From assembly GCF_004010195.1 (NCBI RefSeq), contig NC_057717.1, forward strand, positions 106,329,127 to 106,393,126: a stretch of 64,000 nucleotides of DNA, written 5' to 3'. Source of the DNA: Chiloscyllium plagiosum (lineage: Eukaryota). The notes below the pieces were generated by a model, which had not been told where the DNA came from, did no database searches, and saw only the letters and a list, made by a program, of their open reading frames with translations. Position numbers and translations under genes: made by a program. Shown here piece after piece: positions 12,711 through 25,800 of the stretch (its first letter is position 1; every line of letters begins with the position of its first letter).

Positions 12711-14699
12711 AGGTCCTGCTTGTGGATAGTTCTCTGACTTGCTGGCAATGATGAAAATCTGGCAGCAGGTCTCTGTCCTATATTCCCTTTATTTTTGTTT
12801 CCAGATTTTGGGCAATATAGCAGTGGAAAATCCAGTTCACAGTGCTACAGCTATCAACTACATCAGAATACAGATAATCTTCTGCATTAAAAAAGTTGAT
12901 TTTGTTGGGATTACATTTCCATCTCACTGTATTATTTAGGTAGTTTTGTAGTTATGTAGTTCTACGTTCTTAGTGTAAAGTGTGATGAAATTATCAGAAA
13001 CAAGCTATAAGTGTTTCGGCATTCTGCTTCTAGCAGAGGGCACCATCTTGTTTTTTGACAATGTTGAAGCTACAAATAGAAGTGCCAAGGGAACTGGTAT
13101 GTGCCGGTACAGTTACAACATTGAAAAGGCAGGTACATGAATAGGAAAAGTTTAAAAGGATATGGGCCAGACACAGGCAAGTGGGACTAGTTCAGTTTGA
13201 GAAACTTGGTTGTCATTGGATAAATTGGACAATTCCTGAAGTGCCAGTGCCCAAAACATTCACTCTCTTGCTTCTCGGATACTACTTGACCTGCTGTGCT
13301 TTTTCCAGCACCACGTTTTTCGACTCTACTTATTTTGTAGACCCACTCTTTGACAGGAAGCCCGAGAAGTTTTGGAGGAGTGATCCGAGAGGAAATGAGA
13401 GGAATGGTGGGCAGGGGAAATAACTGGGCAAAAGGCCAACATTTCAGGATCTCACAGGAAGGTCAACTTTTGCAATTAAGTTTTCCAACCTTAAAGGTGG
13501 ATTGACCTCCCTGACTACAGGGGTCAAGAGGCTTATCTGCATGTATTTCCATTTCATTAAAGCAATGGAATTAAATCCTCAGAATCAAATGCTTGCTCCT
13601 AATTAAGTTCTACCCAATTGAGAAATCCATGTCTTCAGGTACCTAACTGCATATAAGCGACATGCACCCTGGTGAGACTGACTTCTTCCATAACTTTGGA
13701 GTAACATGCTTGCTACTTACAGCTTAAAGTTAAGGTTAGATTATGTTGTGTTGCAAGATCTCTAAGTGGAGCAAAAACAGTATAGAGGAAGAAGGTGGCT
13801 GTAGCTGTGGAGGGGGGGGAAGTAAAGTAGCAAAGGAGAGGGAAAGTCAATGAGGCATTGTTTGGATGTAGAGAGAAAGGAAGATATGTTTATATCCTGT
13901 TAAATTAAGAAATATTTACAGTAGTCTGGATTATATAACACCAAATGATCACTATGCCACCCATGTATATTGAATGTGTCTTTTTCTTTCTTAGCCAACC
14001 ACTGTGCCTTGATGCAGCCCTGATGTCCACAGCTGAAGTGGACCATGTAGATAAATGTGTGGGAATGTGGAGAAGTAAGAAATGAGGGCAATTGTGTCCC
14101 ACATACCTGTCTGCTGCTGCTCTTTCTCCTTGTATATGTGGGTGCAGTCCTTGATTGCTGAACTACATGGTCCTATCCTGCCTGGTGCTCAGCAGGTGCC
14201 TGGTCTTGCACCAAACTTTCTGATAAAGGTTTTGGTGAAGCATGTTTTGATCAAACAGACTGAAGCATCCATGCCAACCAAGGGAGATGCTTGAGTTGGC
14301 TTTGAACTCTGTACCTGAGGAACCATACCAGGGCCTGGTTACTGTACCTAGATTGAATAAGAAATATGTTACTTCAAACGTGTTGCAATCTGGTAACTCA
14401 ATAAGGCTCCTTTGACAGCACTTTGCAAATCCACAACCTCTACCAACTATAAGAACAAGGGTAGCAGACACATGGGAATGCCACCATCAGTAAGTTCCCT
14501 TCAAACTCACATCCCATACAGACTTGGAAATATATATTAGTTCCTTCATCATTACTGTGCATCCAGATGAGCACACCCATTCTGATGCTGCCCTGCTCAC
14601 TGCTGGACAGAATCTGGATATTTTGGAAAAGGGGAATATGGCACTACAATTTTCCAACAGGGACCTGGAGGTCCTTATTGGCACAGTAATGCAAAGGAC

Positions 14700-15035
14700 A
14701 GGAGTGATGGTTTAATGGTATTATCACCAGATTATTAATCCAAACACCCCCTGGTAGTGGTGTGCTGGGTACCTGGTTTTGAATCCTGCCACAGCAGATA
14801 GTAGAATTAGAATTCAATAAAAATCTGGAATTTAACACTTAATGATGATAATGAAACATTTGTTAATTGTCAGGAAAAATCCATCTGGTTCACTAATGTC
14901 CCTTAGGAAAGGAAACTGCCATCCTTACCTGGTCTGGCTTATATATGACTCCAGACCCACAATGATGTGGGCAATTAGGGATGGGTAATAAATGCTGGCC
15001 TAGCCAGTGACACCCACATCCTGTGAATAAATTTA
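14700..15035 (+). mobile_element. tRNA-derived SINE (same family as 50610-50950)
   Basis: Decayed A/B boxes; reverse-complement similarity to 50610-50950. Confidence 0.65.
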
Positions 15036-15424
15036 AAAATGGATTACTCTTCCTGGAGAGCTACCAGAGGCCATATCATCAGACCCTGCCATCTAGATCA
15101 GTCTGCCTCCAGTAGTGTTGTAAGAAGGTCAACAACCTTCCCTGTTGCATCAAGATAAGCACCAGACTATTCCCTCTGCAACTCATACTGTCTCTGCTTC
15201 TGCACCAACTTCCCACCAAGTCTCATGGTTCAACACCATCAGTATTATTCTGCAACATTTTCTCTGCAAGCAAAGGAGTTTGTTCAAGCATTGTCCTGTT
15301 TTTAATGAAACAGAAGTGTGAGGAATGTTAATTCTGTTGTGCATTCTTTATGAAAGTCTCCCCAATCAGCATCTGTTTGCCAACCAATCAGCACTCATTT
15401 CTTGTGCAGTATAAAGTTATAATT

Positions 15425-15510
15425 AATAAGCACTACTGCAGTTAGGCGGTAGTGTGGGGGTTAAGAAAAAGAAAAAAAGAAAAGAAAAGTAAAAAAAGAG
15501 AAGAAAAAAA
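15425..15510 (+). mobile_element. 3' fragment of the unclassified hairpin/A-tail repeat, with TSD
   Basis: aataagcactactgcagttaggcggtagtgtgggggtta + A-rich tail; aaagttataatt repeated on both sides. Confidence 0.7.
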
Positions 15511-15626
15511 AGTTATAATTTCTTTGAAATTTTGTAGTTTTGTATCAGTCCTGATAAGTTTTTTATCAAAGGCAGACAGAAAAACACTAACAAGAAACTG
15601 ATTTATTGCACATCTTTAGATAGATA

Positions 15627-15770
15627 AAGTTAAAGCTAGTGGATTAGCTACTTAATCCAGCAGCACTCCGAAAGCTTGTACTTCCAAATAAACCTGCTGG
15701 AGTATAAACTGGTGTCATGTGATTTTTAACTTTGTCCACCCAGTCCAACACCGGCTCTGCCACATCATGG
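15627..15770 (+). mobile_element. Short Penelope-type terminal fragment with 13-bp TSD
   Basis: TSD ctttagatagata (15614-15626, 15771-15783); partial hammerhead 3' half ctccGAAAGCTT. Confidence 0.65.
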
Positions 15771-16921
15771 CTTTAGATAGATAGACATTTTTACTGTTCT
15801 CTATGTAGTCATATCTAGGATTGAATAAGTTTTTTGACTGAGTTTGAATTGCATCAAGGAGTTTTGAGAATTTGTAACGAGGCCAAGTGAGTTATCTTGA
15901 CAAATCTTACCAAAGTTGTTTAATTAGCTACTTATCCCACCCTACAGTGTTTTTCACATATAATTTCCACCCCATCATACCATGCAACCTTTCCACAACA
16001 ACTTGAAGTTCTGGCATTCATTGGTATCCCTTTAGTTTGCATCATCTTTAAAAGCCTATTATTCACCTGGACAAGCATTGTTAGTCAGTAGCTGCCCTGC
16101 ACTGTTCCTGACATTTACCCTGGACGTGGTGGATAGGGGGAATTCCACTTTGCAGACAGAGTCCTGGAGATCTTTCTGGACAAGGTGGTGTAGAGATGGC
16201 ACTTCTTCTTCTCCTAGGACCAGCAGTGGAGGTCATGACACCTGAACATGCCAACCTTGTCCAAAGTTGCCACCCAGGTTAATAAAGCCTCATCTATCTG
16301 AAGAAATGCTCAGCACTGTTGAAAGGAAGTCAGTGTTCTTTTCCATTCTGCCGGCATAAGGCCTATCATATTCTGTAATACCTGCATCTCTCACTCATTC
16401 CAGGAGGAAAATAGCCCAAAATCAGGCAGAAAGAGTCTAGACAGGTCATGCGCTGCCTGCCATTTGTCTCCTCGCCCCTTATAGGGTGGGTATTTTAACT
16501 CTGACAGCTCCAAGGAGGACCTGGCCTGGTACTGAAGGCTGCTTTTAGCTTACTGTGCTGGGATCCTTGAGCAAAGGCCCTTGGCTTGACTGACACTGCT
16601 GACAACCATAAAAAAAACCTGACTTTTTTTTGTATGCTAAACACCAAGGCAGGACAGAAATAATATGACCCTGATCTCTCTGATTGAGGGAACACAAAAG
16701 CAAGGCATATTCCTGTGGTCACTTTGACAGCCAATAAAGAACCTGGAATGTCCCTGAGCGCGCAACGTCTTTCCTGCAGTATTACAGTCCTGGTTGCTGA
16801 TGCAGCTTGTGATTACCATCCAAGTACAGAAGTGTCATGTAAGTGAATGAGAAATGTGCTGTGTGGGTTTTAGAAGCAGGCACACATCAGAGATCATTGT
16901 CTGTGGATGTGAAGCTTTTCA

Positions 16922-19900
16922 CAGCAGAGAGCGTCGCGAGCTGGGCGGAAGTGAGGTTGGAGCGCAGAGCTGTTCAGGAAGATAAGTGATTGATATTTGA
17001 GTGGGTGTGTTCTAGACCCCAGGCCCTACATAGTAGGGCCTCCCTCCCATCCTCCTCCTCTAACCTAACTTTAAAGTTCACAGGTAAGCTACTCAGTGTT
17101 CTTGTTTTGGAGACGAAGTGTAGAGTAATGGCAGCGCAGGCAGTGGAATGTTCCTCCTGCCGGATGTTTGAGGTAGGGGTGACCACCGATGCTCCTGCCG
17201 ACTTCATCTGCAGGAAATGCAGTCAGATCCTGCTCCTCACAGAACGAGTTAGGGAACTGGAACTGGAGTTGGATGAACTGAGGACTATTCGAGAGGCTGA
17301 GAGGGTGATAGATAGAAGCTACAGGGACATAGCTACGCCAGAGAACAGAGGTAGCTGGGTAACAGTTAGAGGTGGGAAGGGGAAGAAGAAGGCAGTGCAG
17401 GGTTCCCCTGTGGTCGTTCCCCTAAAAAATAAATATACAGCTTTGGAAACTGTTGGGGGGGACAGCGTTGCAGGTGTAAGCTGCAGTGAAGGGGTCTGTG
17501 GCTCTGAGACTCAGAAGGGAAAGGGAGAGATGAGGAGAGCGCTAGTTATAGGAGACTCTCTAGTTAGAGGGACGGACAGGCGGTTCTGAGGACATGGGCG
17601 AGAGCAAGGAATAGGGAGAGAGTTCAGTTGAACACGTGGCTGCAAGGATGGTGTAGGAGGGAGGGCTTCAGGTATTTGGACAATTGGACTGCATGGACTG
17701 CATTCTGGGACCTGTACAAGCAGGACGGGTTGCACCTGAACCAGAAGGGCACCAATATCCTGGGGGGTATGTTTGCTAGCACTCTTCGGGGGGGGTTTAA
17801 ACTAATTTGGCAGGGGGATGGGATCCGGACTTGTAGTCTAGCAAATAGGCTAGCTGTTTTTCAGGATGTCCAAGAATGTAGGGAGGCTGTGGAGAAGGTA
17901 GCACTGACAGAGAATACCTGCGGACACAGAGATGGGTTCAAGTGCGTCTACTTCAACGCAAGGAGTATCAGAAATAAGGTGGGTGAACTTAAGGCGTGGA
18001 TCAGTACCTGGGACTACGATGTTGTGGCCATCACGGAAACGTGGATAGAAGAGGGACAGGAATGGTTGTTGGAGGTTCCTGGTTACAGATGTTTCAGTAA
18101 GATTAGGGAGGGTTGTAAAAAAGGAGGGGGGGGTGGCATTGTTAATTAGAAATGGTATAACGGCTGCAGAAAGGAAGTTCGAGGGGGATCTGCCTCTGGA
18201 GATAGTGTGGGCTGAAGTCAGAAATAGGAAAGGAGCAGTCACCTTGTTGGGTGTTTACTATAGGCCCCCCAATAGCAGCAGAGATGTGGAGAAACAGATT
18301 GGGAAACAGATTTTGGAAAGGTGCAGAAGCCACAGGGTAGTAGTCATGGGCGATTTCAACTTCCCAAATATTGATTGGAAGCTCTTTAGATCAAGTAGAT
18401 TGGATGGGGCGGTGTTTGTTTGTCCAGGAAGCTTTTCTAACTCAGTATGTAGATTGTCCAATCAGAGGGGAGGCCATATTGGATTTGGTACGAGGTAACG
18501 AACCGGGACAAGTGATGGGCTTGTTAGTGGGTGAACATTTTGGTGATGGTGACCACAATTCTGTGACTTTCACCTTGGTTATGGAGAGAGATAGGTGCGT
18601 GCAAAAGGGTTGGGTTTACAATTGGGGGAAGGGTAATTATGATGCTGTAAGACAGGATCTGAGGAGCATAAGTTGGGAGCATAGGCTGTCAGGGAAGGAT
18701 GTCGTGGAATTGTGGACCTTTTTCAAGGAACAGATACGACGTGTCCTTGATATGTATGTACCTGTCAGGCAGGAAAGAAATGGTCGTGTGAGGGAACCTT
18801 GGTTGACGAGGGAGGTTGAATGTCTTGTAAAGAGGAAGAAGGAGGCTTACATAAGGTTGAGGAAACAGGGTTCAGACAGAGCAGTGGAGGGATACAGGAT
18901 AGCCAGAAGGGATCTGAAGAAAGGGATTAGGAGAGACAAGAGAGGGCATGAAGGATCAAGGATAACCCAAAGGCATTTTATGCGTATGGGAGAAACATGA
19001 GAATGACGAGAACGAGAGTAGGTCCAATCAAGGACAGTAGTGGGAGACTGTATATTGAGTCGGAAGAGATAGGAGAGATCTTGAATGAGTACTTTTCTTC
19101 ANNNNNNNNNNNNNNNNNNNNNNNNNNNNNNNNNNNNNNNNNNNNNNNNNNNNNNNNNNNNNNNNNNNNNNNNNNNNNNNNNNNNNNNNNNNNNNNNNNN
19201 NNNNNNNNNNNNNNNNNNNNNNNNNNNNNNNNNNNNNNNNNNNNNNNNNNNNNNNNNNNNNNNNNNNNNNNNNNNNNNNNNNNNNNNNNNNNNNNNNNNN
19301 NNNNNNNNNNNNNNNNNNNNNNNNNNNNNNNNNNNNNNNNNNNNNNNNNNNNNNNNNNNNNNNNNNNNNNNNNNNNNNNNNNNNNNNNNNNNNNNNNNNN
19401 NNNNNNNNNNNNNNNNNNNNNNNNNNNNNNNNNNNNNNNNNNNNNNNNNNNNNNNNNNNNNNNNNNNNNNNNNNNNNNNNNNNNNNNNNNNNNNNNNNNN
19501 NNNNNNNNNNNNNNNNNNNNNNNNNNNNNNNNNNNNNNNNNNNNNNNNNNNNNNNNNNNNNNNNNNNNNNNNNNNNNNNNNNNNNNNNNNNNNNNNNNNN
19601 NNNNNNNNNNNNNNNNNNNNNNNNNNNNNNNNNNNNNNNNNNNNNNNNNNNNNNNNNNNNNNNNNNNNNNNNNNNNNNNNNNNNNNNNNNNNNNNNNNNN
19701 NNNNNNNNNNNNNNNNNNNNNNNNNNNNNNNNNNNNNNNNNNNNNNNNNNNNNNNNNNNNNNNNNNNNTTGTGAAGGGTAGGTCTTGCCTTCCAAGTCTT
19801 ATTGAATTCTTTGAGGAAGTGACCAAGCTTGTGGATGAGGGTAGAGCAGTGGATGTAGTGTGCATGGATTTTAGTAAGGCATTTGATAAGGTTCCCCATG

Positions 19901-20695
19901 GTAGGCTTATGCGGAAAGTTAGGAGGCATGGGATAGAGGGAAATTTGGCAGTTGGATAGAAAACTGGCTAACCGGTCGAAGTCAGAGAGTGGTGGTAGAT
20001 GGTAAATATTCAGCCTGGAGCCCAGTTACAAGTGGAGTTCCGCAGGGATCAGTTCTGGGTCCTTTGCTGTTTGTAATTTTTATTAATGACTTGGATGAGG
20101 GAGTCGAAGGGTGGGTCAGTAAATTTGCAGATGATACGAAGATTGGTAGAGTTGTGGATAGTGAGAAGGGCTGTTGTCGGCCGCAAAGGGACTTAGATAT
20201 GATGCAGAGTTGGGCTGAGGAGTGGCAGATAGAGTTCAATCCTGCCAAGTGTGAGGTTTTCCATTTTGGAAAGACAAATAAGAATGCGGAATACAGGGTT
20301 AACGGTAGGGTTCTTAGTAAGATGGAAGAACAGAGGGATCTTGGGGTCTATGTTCATAGATCTTTGAAAGTTGCCACTCAGGTGGATAGAGCTTGTAAGA
20401 AGGCTTATGGTGTATTAGCGTTCATTAGCAGAGGGATTGAATTCAAGAGTCGTGAAGTGATGTTGCAGCTGTACAGGACTTTGGTTAGGCCACATTTGGA
20501 GTACTGTGTGCAGTTCTGGTCGCCTCACTTTAGGAAAGATGTGGAAGCTTTGGAGAGGGTGCAGAGAAGATTTACCAGGATGTTGCCTGGAATGGAGAAT
20601 AGGTCGTACGAGGATAGGTTGAGAGTGCTAGGCCTTTTCTCGTTGGAACGGCGAAGGATGAGGGGTGACTTGATAGAGGTTTATAAGATGATCAA
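16922..20695 (+). mobile_element. Near full-length CR1 LINE (ORF1 Zn-finger/coiled-coil/GDS esterase; ORF2 APE-RT), gapped, 3' end missing
   Basis: CSSCRM...CRKC, VIGDS, DGLHLN; NARSI..K, ITETW, GDFN, SGVPQGSVLGP, FADD. Confidence 0.92.
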
Positions 20696-22199
20696 AATGT
20701 GTCAGTGCAGGCTTGGAGAACTGAAGGGCCTGTTTCTGTGCCATACTGTTCTTTGAAATCAGGCTTGATAGATCATATTTTGTTTTTGTTTTAATGAGGT
20801 GGTCTTTCACTGAACATAAGCATAGCAATGCTGCAGACTCAGTTTTAACAATAAAATCGAAGTTTATTACAGAAAAAGGTAAAATATAATACACTAAATT
20901 GTTTACATATAACATAAGTTTATAGATTTTGAAACAAAATAAATAAAAATCCCATTAATCCCAACAAGAAGCATTTATAGTACTTACAGCAAAGAGAACT
21001 CCTTTCTCTATACCACATCAGCTTTGATTTAGCTGTGGCTGTAATTCCTGGTGTTGAGAATCTGATCAGTTGTTCATTGATACATCATACAACGGAGCAT
21101 AACCATTCTCAGTTTTAAATAACTAAACACTTAGAAATTTTGCTAAACATCTGACACTTAGGTAATCTAATTTAAACAGTTCTAAATTATATTTTTCCTT
21201 TCTAAGGAACAACTGCATAACTGCACAAAGTGAAACTAAACAAAATATCATCCAAGCACTAGGTCTTACCCCTAACTAAAAAAGAACTCTGACCTTCCAA
21301 AGTAGAGCTTAAAACATAATAATTTATCGTGTTCGCTTATTCTCCCATAAGAACAAAAACCCATTACTCTCTAAGAAGTCTTTCTTTCATATTGTTTTAA
21401 GGCAGAAAACTTACATGTCACTGGCTCAAATTCAAAAGTCCAAATTCAAAAATAAATGATATTAAAATATATATCAATCACACACCTTACATCACAATCA
21501 CTAAGTGTTTTTGTTTCTGCAATTCCAATCCATACATTGGCTTATAGGGAACATGTGTCAAACAATTGGGCTATAGTATTATAGACCTGTTACTGATCAA
21601 TGTTCACTTTGTCATTGGCTCTCTGCTGACAAGGATAAAACTAAACCTCTCATTTTCAGTGAGTTGGAATGAAAGGGTCATGGAAGTCTTGGACACCTTG
21701 TCTTGAAAGACTGAGAATGCTAAGGGTCAATTACAACATTTCAGGACAGAGGTGAGCAAATGATTTAGAACAAAGATAAGTAAGTGGAGTCAGTCATGAT
21801 TTCAATAAATGTAGAACAGGCTGAAGAGGCCAAATAGCCGACTGTAACACCTTAGCATTCTTGTTATCCTAGAATCAAAGATGTTAGGTCAGGGCCATCT
21901 TTCTTGTCTGAGGAGTCACATTTTATTTCTTTGTTACTTACATGGCAACTTTTAGAAACCAACAGGCATTAGAAATTTTTCTCACTTTCTCTAACTCAAA
22001 CAATATGAAAATATAAATCAGTCTTAAAGCTACATACCATTCTAGAACTTAAGTCTCCAAATAATAACAAATTAATGTGAACCCTCATCACAATTTGCAT
22101 TCCTATGTGATATTTAATGATGATATTCAAAGGAATATTTTCCTCCTGTTGAATCCAATTTCATACGGGTGGATTATTGTAAACTTTATAAACATCAAT

Positions 22200-22838
22200 T
22201 TCAAGGGGCATGGCAGATGACTGGAAAGTGAGTAATGTTGTGCCTTTGTTTAAGAAGGGATTTAAGAAAAGCCTGGGAATTACAGATCTGTGAGTCTGAC
22301 TTCGACATTAGATAAGTTGTTGGAAGCAATTCTGAAAGATAGTATTTACAAGCATTTGCAGATGCCAGGAATATTAGGGATTGTCAGCATGGTTTTGTAC
22401 AAAGGAAATCATATCTCACAAACTTGATTGAGTTTTTTGAGGAAGTAACCAAGAAGATTGATAAGGGCAGAAGATTGATAGTGCCCATTGTTTACTTGGA
22501 CCTCAGTAAAGCCTTTGCCCAGGTTGTTCTTGGTAGACTGATTAGTAAAGTTACATCACATAGGATTCAGTTTGAACTCGTCAACTGGATACAAAATTAG
22601 CTTAATGGCAGGGAATAGAGAGAGATGGTGGAGAGTTGTTTTATAGACTGAGAGGCTGTGACTAGTGATGTTCCACAGGGTGCTGGGTCCATTTTTGTTT
22701 GTCATTTATTTACATGATTTAGATGAGAATATAGAAGGCATGGTTAGTAAAGTTGCAGATGACAGCAACATTAGTGGTATAGTGAAGAACATTGCCTCAA
22801 AGTACAAAGAAATCTTGATCAATTGGGTCAATGGGCTA
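22200..22838 (+). mobile_element. Old CR1 RT fragment (left part; continues at 27945-28725)
   Basis: Decayed RT sequence interrupted by the younger minus-strand CR1. Confidence 0.75.
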
Positions 22839-25800
22839 AAGACCATAAGACATAGGAGTGGAAGTAAGGCCATTCGGCCCATCAAGTCCACTCCACCATT
22901 TAATCATGGCTGATGGGCATTTCAACTCCACTTACCCGCATTCTCCCTGTAGCCCTTAATTCCTTGTGACATCAAGAATTTATCAATCTCTGCCTTGAAG
23001 ACATTTAGCGTCCCAGCCTCCACTGCACTCTGCGGCAGTGAATTCCACAGGCCCACCACTCTCTGGCTGAAGAAATGTCTCCGNNNNNNNNNNNNNNNNN
23101 NNNNNNNNNNNNNNNNNNNNNNNNNNNNNNNNNNNNNNNNNNNNNNNNNNNNNNNNNNNNNNNNNNNNNNNNNNNNNNNNNNNNNNNNNNNNNAGTGCCA
23201 GTATGTCCCTCCTGAGGTGTGGGGCCCAAAACTGGACACCAGTACTCCAAATGGGGCCTAACCAGAGCTTTATAAAGTAGCACATCGGTGCTTTTATATT
23301 CCAACCCTCTTGAGGTAAATGACAACATTGCATTCGCTTTCTTAATCACGGATTCAACCTGCATGTTTACCTTTAGAGAACCCTCAACTAGCACTTCCAG
23401 ATCCCTTTGTACTTTGGCTTTATGAATTTTCTCACCGTTTAGAAAGTAGTCCATGCTTGTATTCTTTTTTCCAAAGTGCAAGACCTCGCATTTGCTCACA
23501 TTGAACTTCATCAGCCATTTCCTGGACCACTCTCCCAAACTGTCCAGATCCTTCTGCAGTCTCCCCACTTCCTCAGTACTACCTGCCTGTCCACCTGTCT
23601 TCGTATCATCAGCAAACTTCGCTAGAATGCCCCCAGGGCCTTCATCCAGATCATTAATATACAGCGTGAACAGCTGCAGCCCCAACACTGAACCCTGTGG
23701 GACACCACTTGTTACCAGCTGCCATTCCAAAAAAGAACCTCTTATCCCAACTCTCTGCCTTCTGTCAGACAGCCAATCCTCAATCCATGCCAGTAGCTCA
23801 CCTCGAACACCATGGGCCCTCACCTTACTCAGCAGCCTCCCGTGTGGCACCTTATCAAAGGCCTTTTGGAAGTCTAGATAGACCACATCCACTGGGTTTC
23901 CCTGGTCTAACCTACTTGTCACCTCTTCAAAGAATTCTAACAGGTTTGTCAGGCATGACCTACCCTTACTAAATCCATGTTGACTTGTTCTAATCTGACC
24001 TGCTCTTTCAAGAATTCTTCCAAGAATCCTTAACGATGGATTCTAGAATTTTAGCAGCAACCGAGGTTAGGCTAATTGGCCTATAATTTTCCATCTTTTC
24101 TCTTGATCCTTTCTTGAACAATGGGGTTACAACAGCGGTCTTCCAATCATCCAGGACTTTCCCTGACTCCAGTGACTTTTGAAAGATCTCAACCAACGCC
24201 TCCGCTATTTCCTCAGCCACCTCCCTCAGAACTCTAGGATGTAGCCCATTGGGGCCAGGAGATTTGTCAATTTTAAGACCTTTTAGCTATCTCATTTGTA
24301 ATGGCAACCATACTCAACTCAGCCCCCTGACTCCCTTTAATTGTTGGGATATTACTCATGTCTTCCACTGTGAAGACTGACGCAAAGTACTTATTAAGTT
24401 CTCCAGCTATTTCCATATCTCCCATCACTAGCATCAGTTTGAAGTGGCCCAATGTCTACTTTTGCCTGTCATTTGTTTCTTATGTATTGAAAGCAAACTT
24501 TTACTATCATTTCTAATATTACTGGCTAGCCTACCTTCATATTTTATCCTCTCCTTCCTTATTTCTCTCTTTGTTATGCTCTGTTTTTGTAGCCTTCCTA
24601 ATCTTCTGATTTCCCAGTGCTCTTGGCCACTTTATAGGATCTCTCTTTTTCTTTGATACATTTCCTGACTTCCTTTGTCAGCCATGGCTGTCTAATCCCT
24701 CCCCGGATAGAACTGCTGTACAGTGTCCTCAATTATATCCACAAACTCCTGCCATTTTTGCTCTACTAGGCTAGGCTCTGCTTCCAGTCTATTTTCGTCA
24801 GTTCCTCTTTCATGCCCTCATAATTGCCTTTATTTAACTGTAACACCATTACATCCGATTTTGCCTTCTCTCTTTCAAACTGCACACTGAACTCTACCAT
24901 ATTATGATCGCTGCTTCCTAAGTGTTCCCTTACTTTAAGATCTTTTATAAAGNNNNNNNNNNNNNNNNNNNNNNNNNNNNNNNNNNNNNNNNNNNNNNNN
25001 TGACAAGCTGTTCCAAAAAGCCATCCTGTCAGCATTCCAAGAATTCCCTTTCTTTGGATCCACTGGCAACATTATTTACCCAGTCCACCTGCATTTTGAA
25101 ATCTCCCATGATCACCGTGACCTTGCCTTTCTGACATGCCTTTTCTATTTCCCGGTACATGTTGCGCCTCTGGTCCTGACCATTGTTAGGAGGTCTGTAC
25201 ATAACTCCCACTGTGGTTTTTTTGCCTTTGTGGTTCCTCAATTCCACCCACACAGTCTCCACATCATCCGACCCTATACCATTAAATGCCATAGATTTAA
25301 TTTTGTTCTTAACTAACAAGGCCACCCTGTCTTTTCGACAAGTTGTAAATCCTTAGATGTTTAACTGCCAGTCCTGAATCCCCTGCAACCATATCTGTGT
25401 GATGCCTACCACATCATAATCATTCACGATGATCTGTGCCGTTAGTTCATCTACTTTGTTATGAATGCTACGAGCATTCAGGTAAAGTGCCTTAATGCTA
25501 ACATTCTTATCATTAGAGATATTGGAAGTCATAAGATGTCCTAAGTTATCCTTCCTTTTTGCTGCATTCCCAGTCTGTCTCAGGTTTAAATCCACCTGCA
25601 TCAGAAGTTTAAAGTCCTACTGACCACCGTATTTATCCTCTTCGCTAGAACATTGGCACCAGATCAGTTCATGTGGAGACCGTCCCAACGGTACATATTT
25701 CCCCCGGTTCCAAAACTGATGCCAATGCCCCATGAAATGGAATCCCTCTTTCCCACACCAATCCCTTAGCCACGTGTTTACTTCCCTAATTTTCTTACCC

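Noticed and set aside
13900-16870. Possible PIF/Harbinger transposase remnants (AVKVT, QGCI-like fragments)
   Set aside because: Too degraded to support by eye; needs a profile-HMM search.
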